Shown here: positions 5,197 through 16,070 of the stretch, in pieces
How positions within the stretch are numbered: position 1 is the first letter of the stretch
Layout of the letters: each line of letters starts with the position of its first letter
Virus record (IMG/VR): IMGVR_UViG_3300033388_000817
Strand: one strand, 5' to 3'
From: an uncultured virus (IMG/VR IMGVR_UViG_3300033388_000817)
Taxonomy: Duplodnaviria > Heunggongvirae > Uroviricota > Caudoviricetes > Crassvirales
Length of the DNA: 64,000 nucleotides
Notes under the pieces: model-generated
Database searches by the model: none
What the model was told of the DNA's origin: nothing
The model's input: only the letters and a program-made list of their open reading frames with translations
Position numbers and translations under genes: made by a program

Positions 5197-5904
5197 ATGG
5201 CTAGAATAAGTTCGTATCCATTTGATACAACTGTCACAGATAATGACGCATGGATAGGAACTGACGCGGCAAACAGACAGACAAAGCAATTCACTGCATC
5301 GGCAGTAGCTAAATATCTAAACCTTAACGCTAAAGTTAATATAGGTGGCCAAATGTCTTTTAAGTGGTCTGATACACAAAACGGTGGAGCAGGTACTATA
5401 TCTAAAACTGGTGGTGGTGGATCTGGTGATTCTCTTGATACTTTAACACAAGTAAGAATATCTATAACAGAACTAAATGGTCAAAATGTAGTTAAGTTTT
5501 TAGAGTATATAACAGGTACACCTATATTACTAGGTCAAGGTGATCAGATAAGTCAGTTTGGTAATTATACACTAGACACTTACACTGTAGATCCTGCAGA
5601 TCCTTTTTACTATATAGCTGATTTAACTTACATCGGTGGTAATGGAGTTATCGCTCCACAAGGAACTCAATATACGTTAATACACTTTAATATACAAGGT
5701 GCTGATGTAAATTTAAAACAAGATTTTTCCTCTTCAGCACAATGGGTTATAAACAATACAACAGGCAAAGCGGAGCCTTCAGTTACATTAACTGACAATT
5801 CAAATCCGCCAAAAGAAATAAAAGGATGTGTAACATACACAAACGCAACAACAATAACAGTTGATTTTGACCAGTCGGTGGCAGGTTCATCAATACTAAA
5901 CTAA
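5197..5904 (+). CDS. putative virion/tail-fibre-associated protein
   Basis: 235 aa, G/T-rich, beta-type composition. Confidence 0.6.
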   Translation: MARISSYPFDTTVTDNDAWIGTDAANRQTKQFTASAVAKYLNLNAKVNIGGQMSFKWSDTQNGGAGTISKTGGGGSGDSLDTLTQVRISITELNGQNVVKFLEYITGTPILLGQGDQISQFGNYTLDTYTVDPADPFYYIADLTYIGGNGVIAPQGTQYTLIHFNIQGADVNLKQDFSSSAQWVINNTTGKAEPSVTLTDNSNPPKEIKGCVTYTNATTITVDFDQSVAGSSILN

Positions 5905-5924
5905 TAAACTAAAAAAAACAAACT

Positions 5925-7874
5925 ATGCCTATTAATTACTACTGCGCCATTGCGATGAATGGCTCTGACATTGAGATGAACAAAAATCAGCTGCAATTGC
6001 CGGTTATTGACAATGAATCATCAGCACCTACATCACCAGTCGAAGGTCAAATGTATTTTGACACGAGCGTCGGTGACAAAACAATGTATTTCTACAATGG
6101 AACTGCATGGATAGAAATGGATGGTTCTGGCTCAGGTGTAGAATCTTTTACAAATGCTAATGGTACATATATATCTGCAACTACTGTTAATACAGCGGCA
6201 ACAGGTGCTGTAACAGTTGGAACTATAGATCTTAGTGCTGCAGACGGAACAGACACGAGTGGCAGATTTTTAAGTAAAGATAATGTTTGGTCAGCAATTG
6301 ACGCAGGCGTTACAACCGTAGATACAACAGATGGTACATATATTGACTTAACTCCTAACACAGCAACATCAGGCGCTGTGACGGTAACTGCAGATTTAAG
6401 CGCGATTGATGGTACGTCTAGTACTACAACTAGATTTTTATCTAAAGACAATACTTGGGATATTCCTTCTTATACCACAAACACAGACGAAACATATACA
6501 TTACCAGTCGCTGCAGGTGCTGCTAATTCTGCTTATCTTAACTTAACAGCTGGAGGTACTGGTTCAGGTATTAAATCTTCTACACAAATAACTGGAGATA
6601 CTACTACTATTAAAGTTACTCCAACTGCTGGAAACAACGGAAATATACTTTTTGATTTACAAGATGACGTTACAATAACAACCTCATTAACAATAAGTGG
6701 AAGCGCAGGTGATGCATTGGATATTCCTTCTGGTAAGGGAACAAGTGCTTTAACTATAGGAACTGATCCTTCTGATACATTAACAACTAAAAGTTATGTT
6801 GATGGTTTAGTTTCAGGTGGTTTAACTTTTAAAGGTACTTTTAGAGCTGATACAGGTGCTATACTCTCAGGAGGTAATTCTGGTTCTTTCTTATATAATT
6901 GTCCAGGTGGTGCAGGAACTAGAGTAGCCGTAACGCAAGGTGATTACTACGTGGTTGCAACAGCGGGAGGTTCTTTCTATTGTTCAGGTGTTACACTAGA
7001 TATTGGTGATGCTATTATAGCTGTAGATGATGCGGCAGCTGATTCTTCAGACGCGGCTGATTGGTCAACAATATCACAAGGTGTTACTGTGAATAGTTTT
7101 ACAAATGCCAATGGTACTTATATTTCTGCTGGCACGGTAAACACTAACGCCACTGGGGCGGTAACAGTAGGTACAATAGATTTATCTGCCGTAGACGGAA
7201 CTTCTGATACATCTACAAAATTCTTAAGTAAAGACAACACATGGGATGTACCTTCCTACACAACAAATACTGACGCTAAATATGCATTGCAAGCAGATCC
7301 TAAAAGTGGATCAGACGTTCCTTTAACATTAAACGGTTCAGATGGTGGTGCAGATACTACTGTAAATCTAACACAAGGAACAGGTATAACATTAACTAGA
7401 AATAGCGCTACACAAATAACAATAGCAGCTGATAACAATGGTGATATAACAGATGTAGAAGCTTCAACTGTAAACGCGGAACTAGGTATTAAAGTAACAG
7501 ATGGCTCTGGTCCTATACCAAAAGTTGGTCTTGATATTAAAGGACTTTCTGACGTTGGAACGGGACTTTCTGGCGCTGATCAATTTCCTATATATGATGT
7601 AACTGCAGATGCAAACAAATACGTCCAAGCATCTAACTTAGCTCCTATTGTAAGAAAATCAAGCACTATAGCTACTACAATAACTTCTTTTGGAACTGTA
7701 ACACACGGTCTAGGATCTTTCGATGTAATAGTTCAACTTTATGATGCTAGTACTTATGAAACAATATATGCTTGTGTTGATAGAGCTACTGTTGATACTG
7801 TTGCTATATCTGGAGGTAGTTTCCCGGCAGGAAACATAAGAGTGTTAGTTTCTCTTGCTGATCAAGGAGCATAA
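5925..7874 (+). CDS. tail fibre-like protein with internal repeats
   Basis: PxxGQMYFDT..MYFYNGTAW and TTKSYVD fibre motifs; three GTYI...DLSA.DG...FLSKDN.W repeats. Confidence 0.75.
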   Translation: MPINYYCAIAMNGSDIEMNKNQLQLPVIDNESSAPTSPVEGQMYFDTSVGDKTMYFYNGTAWIEMDGSGSGVESFTNANGTYISATTVNTAATGAVTVGTIDLSAADGTDTSGRFLSKDNVWSAIDAGVTTVDTTDGTYIDLTPNTATSGAVTVTADLSAIDGTSSTTTRFLSKDNTWDIPSYTTNTDETYTLPVAAGAANSAYLNLTAGGTGSGIKSSTQITGDTTTIKVTPTAGNNGNILFDLQDDVTITTSLTISGSAGDALDIPSGKGTSALTIGTDPSDTLTTKSYVDGLVSGGLTFKGTFRADTGAILSGGNSGSFLYNCPGGAGTRVAVTQGDYYVVATAGGSFYCSGVTLDIGDAIIAVDDAAADSSDAADWSTISQGVTVNSFTNANGTYISAGTVNTNATGAVTVGTIDLSAVDGTSDTSTKFLSKDNTWDVPSYTTNTDAKYALQADPKSGSDVPLTLNGSDGGADTTVNLTQGTGITLTRNSATQITIAADNNGDITDVEASTVNAELGIKVTDGSGPIPKVGLDIKGLSDVGTGLSGADQFPIYDVTADANKYVQASNLAPIVRKSSTIATTITSFGTVTHGLGSFDVIVQLYDASTYETIYACVDRATVDTVAISGGSFPAGNIRVLVSLADQGA

Positions 7875-7913
7875 TAAAAATAAAATAAAATTAAATAAAT
7901 AAACTAAACTTAT

Positions 7914-10376
7914 ATGGCTATAAACTATTTTTGCGACGTCAGTGTTGGAGCTAAGCTATTTGCAGAGCCAACCAGCACGAGTGCCCCAACAAATACAACA
8001 TACAAATTTGAAGTAACTGGCGGGAGTAATTTTTTAGGCGCTTGGGGTGGTTTTGATAGCACGTATAGTACTGTAATTGAAGGAATAAAATTATTGGCAG
8101 ATAGTTTAAGCGAGCATATGTTAACTAGAATAACACCACGCTTAGAGGTTTATCCTTACGAAAATCCAGTTGATACTGTAGACAATACATACACAACGGG
8201 TTTCGTAGGATCTTCTTTTTCTATTGGGTCAGAAAACACTATAGGTGATTCTAGTTCTACAAACTTAGGTATAATAGGATTTAACAATAAACTTTCAGGA
8301 GATAAAATGCTAATTGTAGGTCAAGGTAATGAAGTTCAAGGCAGTAATGTCTCTTCTTTATTAGTTGGTACTACGAATGCATTAGTTTCACCTGGAGCAA
8401 TAATAAACTCAACTGTTGTTGGTCAAAACCATAGTATTAGTAAAAGCTTAATTAGAAGTATATTTAGTGGTATAAATAATACACTCGATGCCAACGCCAC
8501 AAACGTTTTAGTAGCCGGTAGTGGTTTGAAAATTAGCGGTAATAATAGTTCTATATTTGGAGCTAATAATCAAATAATAAGTGCTAGTAATGTTTTAGTT
8601 GGTGGGTTTAGTAATGAAATAGAAAACACTTCAAGTTCAAGTAATATAAATTATTACGGAACAACAGTGTTTGGCTGGAATAATAGCGTCAAAAACAGGC
8701 AGTCTGAGGGCGCCACTTCTAATCATACTAACTCTTCACTTGTAGTAGGTAGAGATAATCAAGTTGCGCCAAACTCCCTAGGGTCTATAGAAAGTATGAT
8801 TGTTGGTGGTTACAACAATTACATATGGGCGGGCGCAGATAGAGGTTTAGTAGTTGGTGCTAATAATTATGTTATTGGTAGTGGGTCTTTTACATCTGAA
8901 CCAGGTTCTTCTCCTAGTGCCTCTATTTTTGAATCATCAATAGTTGCGGGTAATACAAACTACATAAACACTACAGATAGTATAGTTGTAGGTAGAAACA
9001 ATGGTGATGTATCTAATAGTGGTGGCGCTATAACTTATACCCCTTTACAAGGAAAAGAACTACTTATAATAGGTAATAATCATACGTCTAATGATCCTAA
9101 TACTAAAGGTTGTTTTGCTATTGGAAACAACATTACTATAGCAAATGGTTCTACAGCAACTGGTTTTATAGGAGCTAATATGACAGGTGGTGGTAACAAT
9201 AATCTTTATGTAGGTTCAAGTCACTCAGGAAGCACTTCTAATTCTATTTCAGTTGGGCAAAATAACGATTTTGAGCCTACTGGATTTGGAAGCAACCCTT
9301 CACAATTATCACTGATAGCCGGTAGAAATAATGAAAGTAAAGGTATTTTAAACTTTACACTTGGAAGTTCTGGTACTATTAATGGTGATACTATTGGTAA
9401 TAACTTTATTATAGGAAACCTTTGTTCTATTGGTGATGCAAATACACAATTACAAAAAAATATTTCAATAGGTTTTAATAACGTTTCTCAATTAAATAGT
9501 AAAATATTAATTGGTAAAAATCTAAACCAAAATATAGGCTACAACTCAGTAGGAGAAATTGTTGTGTTAGGAAAAAACAATGATTATGCTAATAGTCATT
9601 ATGATAAAACAGGACTAGCACCTGCTCTTATTGTCGGAGCTTCTAACGCAAGTGGCTCAACCACAAGAAGAGACGCTTTAATAATAACAAACAGAACGAG
9701 TAGTACTAAAGAAAGCTGTGTTATACTACCTACGGTAGGCAAAAACCACAACTACCCTAACGACGCTTCAGCGGCTATAGGTGGTGTACCACTGTATGGT
9801 GTATATCACAACGATGGTGATCTTAAAATAAGATTAACATCTGACACTGGTTTTACGTCATATAGCAGTAGCATCCGTTACACAACTCAAACACTGGCTT
9901 GTGCTGGAACAGCTAACCAAACCTATTATCACTCTGGAACATCCGCATACCCTGTAACAGGTGACACATGTATGTCTAGAAGTGGATCAACAGGTAATTA
10001 TACTTTTACAAAACTAACAGGAGGTTGGTACTTGTTAGGAAACGCGGGATTAATACAAATAAACTCAGTAGGTGTAATGATTGCATCAGCGTCATGCCCT
10101 AACCAACTAATAGATTTCTTAGCAACTGGACCAACTAATTTTAACAGTATATGCTCATTTGGAACCAGTTTACCAGTTCCAACTACAACATACTACCACG
10201 ATGGTGGCGGTACTTTCCCTACTGATGGTGATAAAATGTATACTGATTCTTCAGGTAATTCACCGGCGTCGGCAGGTTACTATTATTTATATGATGCTGG
10301 GTGTGATAATGTATACGTAAGAATAACAGCTAGTGACGGAACTATATTAGAGCAAACAGAGTGTACCGTATGCTAA
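7914..10376 (+). CDS. tail fibre / receptor-binding protein with beta-roll (YadA-head-like) repeats
   Basis: Many hydrophobic-G-x-x-N repeats; Cys-containing C-terminal repeats. Confidence 0.7.
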   Translation: MAINYFCDVSVGAKLFAEPTSTSAPTNTTYKFEVTGGSNFLGAWGGFDSTYSTVIEGIKLLADSLSEHMLTRITPRLEVYPYENPVDTVDNTYTTGFVGSSFSIGSENTIGDSSSTNLGIIGFNNKLSGDKMLIVGQGNEVQGSNVSSLLVGTTNALVSPGAIINSTVVGQNHSISKSLIRSIFSGINNTLDANATNVLVAGSGLKISGNNSSIFGANNQIISASNVLVGGFSNEIENTSSSSNINYYGTTVFGWNNSVKNRQSEGATSNHTNSSLVVGRDNQVAPNSLGSIESMIVGGYNNYIWAGADRGLVVGANNYVIGSGSFTSEPGSSPSASIFESSIVAGNTNYINTTDSIVVGRNNGDVSNSGGAITYTPLQGKELLIIGNNHTSNDPNTKGCFAIGNNITIANGSTATGFIGANMTGGGNNNLYVGSSHSGSTSNSISVGQNNDFEPTGFGSNPSQLSLIAGRNNESKGILNFTLGSSGTINGDTIGNNFIIGNLCSIGDANTQLQKNISIGFNNVSQLNSKILIGKNLNQNIGYNSVGEIVVLGKNNDYANSHYDKTGLAPALIVGASNASGSTTRRDALIITNRTSSTKESCVILPTVGKNHNYPNDASAAIGGVPLYGVYHNDGDLKIRLTSDTGFTSYSSSIRYTTQTLACAGTANQTYYHSGTSAYPVTGDTCMSRSGSTGNYTFTKLTGGWYLLGNAGLIQINSVGVMIASASCPNQLIDFLATGPTNFNSICSFGTSLPVPTTTYYHDGGGTFPTDGDKMYTDSSGNSPASAGYYYLYDAGCDNVYVRITASDGTILEQTECTVC

Positions 10377-10465
10377 TAGTAAAAATAATTAAAAACAAGT
10401 GACTATATAAATATACCCGGCACGGGATAGTGTAAACCAAATAATAACATAAAAAACCAAAACCA

Positions 10466-10756
10466 ATGACGTTTTATTACGAGACTAATTCGTGGACTAG
10501 TCAACCACAACCAGATGAAAACCAAATCAAACTATGGAACCATATAGCCGATAAAGCTAACTGGCGCATAGTTCAATTACCAAACGGTTACTACCAAACA
10601 GAATACCAAGATCTTCGAAATGAAGAAACCTGGAAGGATGTTACGCGGCGAGAAACAATGGAAGCCGCTGAGACTTCAATAGATAAGACAATAGAACACT
10701 ACAAAAAGAAAGTTGAATTTTTAAACGGACCTAAAGTAGTAAAAACTTTTAAATAA
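10466..10756 (+). CDS. hypothetical protein
   Basis: 96-aa ORF with its own upstream promoter-like site. Confidence 0.75.
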   Translation: MTFYYETNSWTSQPQPDENQIKLWNHIADKANWRIVQLPNGYYQTEYQDLRNEETWKDVTRRETMEAAETSIDKTIEHYKKKVEFLNGPKVVKTFK

Positions 10757-10784
10757 AATAAATTAAATTAAATCTAATTAAATC

Positions 10785-12335
10785 ATGGCGGATGCTATAG
10801 TAAAAAATCTTAGTTTTGGAGACAAAGCTAAAGATAAAATATTTAAAGGAATTGAACAACTCACAAATGCTGTTAGCTCCACTTTAGGAGCTAGCGGTAA
10901 ATGTGTCATAATGGAAGATGACCAGGGTAATCCTGTTATAACAAAAGATGGTGTTACTGTTGCAAACTGCATAACATTGCACGATCCAATAGAAAATATG
11001 GGTGCTACCTTATTAAAAGGTGCGGCTAGAAAAACAGTTAATGAAGCTGGTGATGGAACGACTACGGCCACCGTGTTAGCTCACGCTATATTAAGTGAGG
11101 CTCGTAGTAAAGATGTAAATCCTAGAGAATTAAAAGAAGGAATAAACAAAGCTGTTAACGAAGTTGTTAAGTATTTAGAATCAATAAGTATACCTGTTAA
11201 AGGTGACATGATAGATGACATAGCAACTATATCAACTAATAATGACAAAGTTTTAGGTAAATTAATAGGTGATGCTTTTAGAGAGGTAGGTGAGACAGGG
11301 ATTGTAACACTAGGTGTTTCTGAAAACGGAATAACAGAGACTGAAATAGTAGATGGTATAGAATACTATAAAGGTTATTGTCATCAAAACTTTATAACTG
11401 ACAAAGAAAAAGGCACGGCGGAACTAGATAGACCGCTGGTTTTAATAATGGAATCAAAAGTAGAATCTATTAGACAAATACAACCAGTACTAGAACATGT
11501 GATAAAAAACAATAAACCATTACTTTTAATAGGTGAAGTTGATCCAACGGTTCTTTCTGCTTTAGTAATGAATAAAATGAAGGGTAATATTAAAGTAAAT
11601 GTTGTAGACCCTCCAGCATATGGCTTGCGTAAAAAAGAAATACTAAATGATTTAGCTTTGCTTACAAACTCAACTATAATAAATGAGGATCTAGGTGATG
11701 ATTTAAATGCAATACAAATAGATTATTTAGGTGAATGTGTAAAGTCAGTTTCTCAAGAAAATCAAACAGTAATTCAAGTAGAAGAAATACCTGATGAAGC
11801 TAAAGATTTTATAGAAAAAATAAAAAAAGATTTAAAAAAGAAAAACCCTGCACACGTTGTTGTTAATTTAGAAAGAAGATTAGCTACATTAAGTGCTAAA
11901 GTGGCTATAGTAAAAGTAGGTGCTTTTTCTGATGTAGAATTAAAAGAAAAAACAGATAGGGTCGAAGACGCTATATGTGCTACAAAAGCCGCTATAAAAC
12001 AAGGTATAGTACCAGGAGGTGGTATTGCTTTATTAAATGCTTCATCAATAATAAAACCTAAAACAAAAGGTCAAAAAGTATTATTAGAAGCTATAAAATC
12101 ACCTTTTAAAACTATACTTAAAAACGCTAATATTAAAGAACCGGATTTTAGTAAAAATGACGGTACTGGATTAAACGTGGTTACAGGAAAAATGGTAAAT
12201 ATGGTTGAGTCAGGGATTATTGATCCTTTGCTCGTGACTAAAAGCGCTTTGATTAACGCGGCTTCTGTGGCAACAACTATTCTTTCTACTGATTGTGTAA
12301 TTAATAATATGAGAATAGATGAAAGCGCTAGGTAG
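10785..12335 (+). CDS. groEL: phage chaperonin GroEL (cpn60)
   Basis: ITKDGVTVA, AGDGTTTATVLA, IATISTNND, EDAICATKAA, GIVPGGG, GIIDP motifs. Confidence 0.97.
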   Translation: MADAIVKNLSFGDKAKDKIFKGIEQLTNAVSSTLGASGKCVIMEDDQGNPVITKDGVTVANCITLHDPIENMGATLLKGAARKTVNEAGDGTTTATVLAHAILSEARSKDVNPRELKEGINKAVNEVVKYLESISIPVKGDMIDDIATISTNNDKVLGKLIGDAFREVGETGIVTLGVSENGITETEIVDGIEYYKGYCHQNFITDKEKGTAELDRPLVLIMESKVESIRQIQPVLEHVIKNNKPLLLIGEVDPTVLSALVMNKMKGNIKVNVVDPPAYGLRKKEILNDLALLTNSTIINEDLGDDLNAIQIDYLGECVKSVSQENQTVIQVEEIPDEAKDFIEKIKKDLKKKNPAHVVVNLERRLATLSAKVAIVKVGAFSDVELKEKTDRVEDAICATKAAIKQGIVPGGGIALLNASSIIKPKTKGQKVLLEAIKSPFKTILKNANIKEPDFSKNDGTGLNVVTGKMVNMVESGIIDPLLVTKSALINAASVATTILSTDCVINNMRIDESAR

Positions 12336-12579
12336 AAATTTAATTATAGAAAAGCTAGAAGATCAAATTCAAGAAACTGATGGCGGGTTACTTTTAGCAG
12401 AAATACATAGAGATGACATTAGGTACTTAAAAGCTAAAATTATAAGCCTAGGTAATGATGTTGAGGGTGTTAAAAAAGAAGATATTATATTTTATGACAA
12501 GCACGCTGGTCATAAGATACAGAATAATAAAAAAATATATCACGTTATTAAGTCAACAGACGTGGTCGTTGTTTTGTGA
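12319..12579 (+). CDS. groES: co-chaperonin GroES (cpn10)
   Basis: MKALGRNLII...ETDGGLLL...GVKKEDII; directly follows groEL. Confidence 0.9.
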   Translation: MKALGRNLIIEKLEDQIQETDGGLLLAEIHRDDIRYLKAKIISLGNDVEGVKKEDIIFYDKHAGHKIQNNKKIYHVIKSTDVVVVL

Positions 12580-13022
12580 AAAAGCTAGAAGCAGGAGATT
12601 TAAAAAATCTTAATCTGCTAAAACATTATCGAATAATACGTAAATGGGCTTCCAAAAACAACGATCTAAATGAGGCAGATTTAGAACTATTGATATATTT
12701 AGATTGTATAGACTTGTTTACAAAAAAAGATTTTGAAGCAGGTTCTTACTCTTACAGTTGGGATAATAGAAGATGGAGTAGATTAATAAAAGGTGAATGG
12801 ATTTCTGTTTGGAGACAAAGAAATAGAACAACTCAAAAATACAATATATACAAAGTTTCTTTTAAAGGTAAACAGCTTATTAAAAGAATATATCGCATAA
12901 TGCTAGGTGAAGATGATATTCCTATCAGTAAAAGGCGAAACAAGATTATAAAAGGAAATTCATATATAGATAAGGTTTTAACTAAATCTATATATAATGT
13001 TAATAAAGATAAAAACAGATAA
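12576..13022 (+). CDS. winged-helix (MarR-like) protein
   Basis: LNEADLELLIYL...LIKGEWI...YKVSFKGKQLI pattern. Confidence 0.55.
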   Translation: MKKLEAGDLKNLNLLKHYRIIRKWASKNNDLNEADLELLIYLDCIDLFTKKDFEAGSYSYSWDNRRWSRLIKGEWISVWRQRNRTTQKYNIYKVSFKGKQLIKRIYRIMLGEDDIPISKRRNKIIKGNSYIDKVLTKSIYNVNKDKNR

Positions 13023-13781
13023 ATGTCTACAATAACAGCAATCACAGCAGCAAGCACAGCAGCGTCGGGAAGCTCAGAACCTAGATTTACTCAACTTACA
13101 GGAAGTAGGTCTGGAGGACTTATATCATCTCTTGGAAAGAGTTTGGGAGCTAATAATCAACAAGATGCTGGAACTGCAGAATCAGAATCAACTGACCCAA
13201 GCTACTTGTCCGATGCTAACTCAGCTTATAATGACGCTTACTCTGCAATGATGGATAATCAAGGTCCAGGTGGAAGAGCAAACGCTCAGTCAGCTGGTTT
13301 AATGGATGCTTTTAATTCTGCTAAAAAAGCAAGGGACGCAGCCAGATTGAGATTTAAATCAGAAGAGGCAGGTATGTCTCCAGAGGAATACAGTCAAGAT
13401 CAAGTGTCTCAGTACGGTGGAGGTTATGGAAGAAGATTAGGTATTGGTAATATGATGTCTCAATATGGTAACATTAGAAATGGTGTTAATGCAACTCAGA
13501 ACCAATTAGTGTCAGACGCGCAGCAGTCTTATACGGATAATCCTAGTGAACAAGAAAGTGCTGTATCTAACCTAAGAAATCCTTTAGGGCAAGAATTAGA
13601 ACCAATGACAAACGCTGTAGGTTTTAAAAATAGCGCTATAACAAACGCTGGAAAAATGTTTGGTCAATCTTACGGAGGATTGTTTGCTGGTGCTGCTAAA
13701 AAATATAAAGGACCCGCGCACTGTAATGTAGACACAATGCATACTATGTATTGGAACGATATGAGAAAAAGAAATAAATAA
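13023..13781 (+). CDS. low-complexity hypothetical protein, possibly internal virion
   Basis: 252 aa, G/S/A/Q-rich, GAAK motif near the C-terminus. Confidence 0.7.
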   Translation: MSTITAITAASTAASGSSEPRFTQLTGSRSGGLISSLGKSLGANNQQDAGTAESESTDPSYLSDANSAYNDAYSAMMDNQGPGGRANAQSAGLMDAFNSAKKARDAARLRFKSEEAGMSPEEYSQDQVSQYGGGYGRRLGIGNMMSQYGNIRNGVNATQNQLVSDAQQSYTDNPSEQESAVSNLRNPLGQELEPMTNAVGFKNSAITNAGKMFGQSYGGLFAGAAKKYKGPAHCNVDTMHTMYWNDMRKRNK

Positions 13782-13796
13782 ACAAATAAAATAATT

Positions 13797-14024
13797 ATGG
13801 ACCACAAAAAATACGATCCAGCAATGGAAAAATTAAAACCAGGAACAAAAGTTGGTGTAGTAGGTGAATCTCATATATGGGACGGGCCTTTAAATCAAGA
13901 AGGCAGAGTTCATGGTCAAGGAGCTAGTAATGGAATAACGGGTATGCAAATACTTAAAGCTCCAGTTAAATATAAAGGAATTAATCCAGTTCTTTGCGCA
14001 CAAGGCAGAGTTGGAGAATTATAA
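13797..14024 (+). CDS. hypothetical protein
   Basis: 75-aa ORF in operon. Confidence 0.7.
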   Translation: MDHKKYDPAMEKLKPGTKVGVVGESHIWDGPLNQEGRVHGQGASNGITGMQILKAPVKYKGINPVLCAQGRVGEL

Positions 14025-14035
14025 AAAACAAAAAA

Positions 14036-14521
14036 ATGAGTACATACAATTCATCGGTAAGTGTTATCCTCAGCGACACTATTAATATACCTCAACCTGG
14101 GGTTATAGCTAGTGGCACAAACACAGGAGCTACAAATCAATTAATTGATAATGGTAGTGATTTTTTACCAGCAGTAACTAACGCGTTAGGATATGTTATA
14201 TCTGGAGGAGACGTAGTATACACTAATGGTGAAATATTTACCGTGGTAAGTGTGGACGACTCAAATACAATAACGTTAAGCGGTAGCCCTGCTCAAGTTG
14301 GTACATATCAAATATATAAAAGTAACGCTGCTAATATTAGTGATGGTTATTCTTTGTATTTTGGAACAACAGGTGATGTTGTTGTTGAAGACGTTTCTGG
14401 TAATCAAGTTACTTTGAGTAACGTGCCTGCTGGAAAAGTTATAGACTTACAAATAGTAAAAGTGTTATCAACTGGATCAACCGCCTTAACTGATATAGTA
14501 GCTTTAGAAAAAGTAGATTAA
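14036..14521 (+). CDS. putative structural protein
   Basis: Likely ATG at 14036; C-terminal LYFGTTGDVVV...VIDLQIVKVLSTG..DIVAL, typical of phage virion proteins. Confidence 0.65.
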   Translation: MSTYNSSVSVILSDTINIPQPGVIASGTNTGATNQLIDNGSDFLPAVTNALGYVISGGDVVYTNGEIFTVVSVDDSNTITLSGSPAQVGTYQIYKSNAANISDGYSLYFGTTGDVVVEDVSGNQVTLSNVPAGKVIDLQIVKVLSTGSTALTDIVALEKVD

Positions 14522-14523
14522 TT

Positions 14524-14727
14524 ATGGGAAACATGTTAATGAATAGGTTAGGTGCTGCAAAAGCTGGTAAAGGTTGCGCAGAATCAGAAGGTGGAAGTGG
14601 TTGTGTTGTAAAGCGCGGCGATAAATACGTTATTTTAAACAATAAAAAAGGTGGTGTTTGGAAATCAGGTTTTTCTTCAGCCGAAGAAGCTAAGAAAATG
14701 CTTTCTGCATATCATGCAAATTCATAA
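14524..14727 (+). CDS. small hypothetical protein
   Basis: 67 aa, GAAK motif. Confidence 0.7.
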   Translation: MGNMLMNRLGAAKAGKGCAESEGGSGCVVKRGDKYVILNNKKGGVWKSGFSSAEEAKKMLSAYHANS

Positions 14728-14729
14728 TT

Positions 14730-15080
14730 ATGGGATACAATTATAAAGGACATTACGGTCATTACAGCGGAAATGCTAAACATTCAAAACATCACATGGT
14801 TAATTCATGGGAAGAAGAAGATGTAGCAAGAGGTAGAAAAGAAATGGCAGAAGGCCACAAAGGACACGCTGAGGCTTTGTTTGACGATGCTCATGGTAGT
14901 TACAATTACGATGGTCATAATTCCACTGGTGCTGAACATCATGGAGCTGCTAAGACAGTTAGTTGGAAATATGGAGATGCTACATACTCAGGTGAATTAA
15001 TACCTAGCAAAGAAACATCTACACATAGATACGCTAGAACACATAACGGTAAAATAAAATCCTTACCGAAGAATAAATAA
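14730..15080 (+). CDS. His/Gly-rich hypothetical protein
   Basis: 116 aa, HGAAK motif. Confidence 0.7.
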   Translation: MGYNYKGHYGHYSGNAKHSKHHMVNSWEEEDVARGRKEMAEGHKGHAEALFDDAHGSYNYDGHNSTGAEHHGAAKTVSWKYGDATYSGELIPSKETSTHRYARTHNGKIKSLPKNK

Positions 15081-15148
15081 ACAGAGTAAACTGATAAATC
15101 AAAAAAAAACAACCAAACCAGGCTTAACAGCCACAAAACAAAAAACAA

Positions 15149-15538
15149 ATGTCAAAATTTTTAAAATTCAACATTGTTAACTCGGGAGCTTTAGATACTC
15201 AAGGAACTCAATTAGTTAACGTAGATCAAATTCAAAGCGTAGGGTACGTTGCTGGAACAGGAGTATTATCAATTGTTCTAGACGGCGCAGTAGGTACAGA
15301 TGTTGCATCTTATTCAGGTAGAGTAATAAACATTACCGTAACAACAACTAAAGATGGTACTGCTGGTGTTCCAACAATCACAAATGGATCTAAGTCACCA
15401 CAAAAAGCTGTATACGCAGCGTTAACTGCTAATCCAGGAGGCGTACAATCAACAGTTCAATTAGGACTTGATGAAGCGGGAACTCCATTGCAAATGTATT
15501 TTTCTGACTTTGCAATAGCAACTGAAGTAATAGCGTAA
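15149..15538 (+). CDS. putative virion protein
   Basis: 129 aa, G/A/T/V-rich. Confidence 0.65.
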   Translation: MSKFLKFNIVNSGALDTQGTQLVNVDQIQSVGYVAGTGVLSIVLDGAVGTDVASYSGRVINITVTTTKDGTAGVPTITNGSKSPQKAVYAALTANPGGVQSTVQLGLDEAGTPLQMYFSDFAIATEVIA

Positions 15539-15700
15539 ATGGAATCCAAAGGATTAGGCGATAGCATTGCTAAATTCACTAACAAAACAGGTATTAAGAC
15601 CGTTGTAGATAAAATATCAGACGGTCTTAACATACCTTGTGGTTGTGATAAAAGACAATCATGGTTTAATAAAAAATTTCCTTACAATAATGGCATTTAA
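15539..15700 (+). CDS. small hypothetical protein (KGLGD...CGC)
   Basis: Manual translation MESKGLGDSIAKFT...IPCGCDKRQ... Confidence 0.65.
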   Translation: MESKGLGDSIAKFTNKTGIKTVVDKISDGLNIPCGCDKRQSWFNKKFPYNNGI

Positions 15701-16070
15701 AATAAACCCTCCATTTGACCTTAGATATATGAGAACAAATATGTTTGAGAGAGACATGGGTGATGATCCTGTTTATGCAAGAACACCTAAAAATGGAGTT
15801 ATTATTTTAAACGAAGATTCCATAGTTGATGATCCTGTAGAGCTAGCTAAAACAAAAGAGCATGAATTAGTACACGTGCAACAATATTTAGACGAAGCTA
15901 GAAACCCAGGAACTGGATTAAACTATGAGGTTGACGGCGCTGGAAAAGGCAAGGTTAATTATTTAGGAAAAGAATATGATTACTCGGTAATGCAGGCCGG
16001 TAAAGGTCCTTGGGAAAAAGACGCTCAATTAGCAGAAAAAAAATTAATGCAAAAAAACAAACAAACGTAA
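15690..16070 (+). CDS. zincin-like metallopeptidase (HExxH)
   Basis: KEHELVHVQQ plus downstream PWEKDA; likely ATG at 15690. Confidence 0.7.
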   Translation: MAFKINPPFDLRYMRTNMFERDMGDDPVYARTPKNGVIILNEDSIVDDPVELAKTKEHELVHVQQYLDEARNPGTGLNYEVDGAGKGKVNYLGKEYDYSVMQAGKGPWEKDAQLAEKKLMQKNKQT

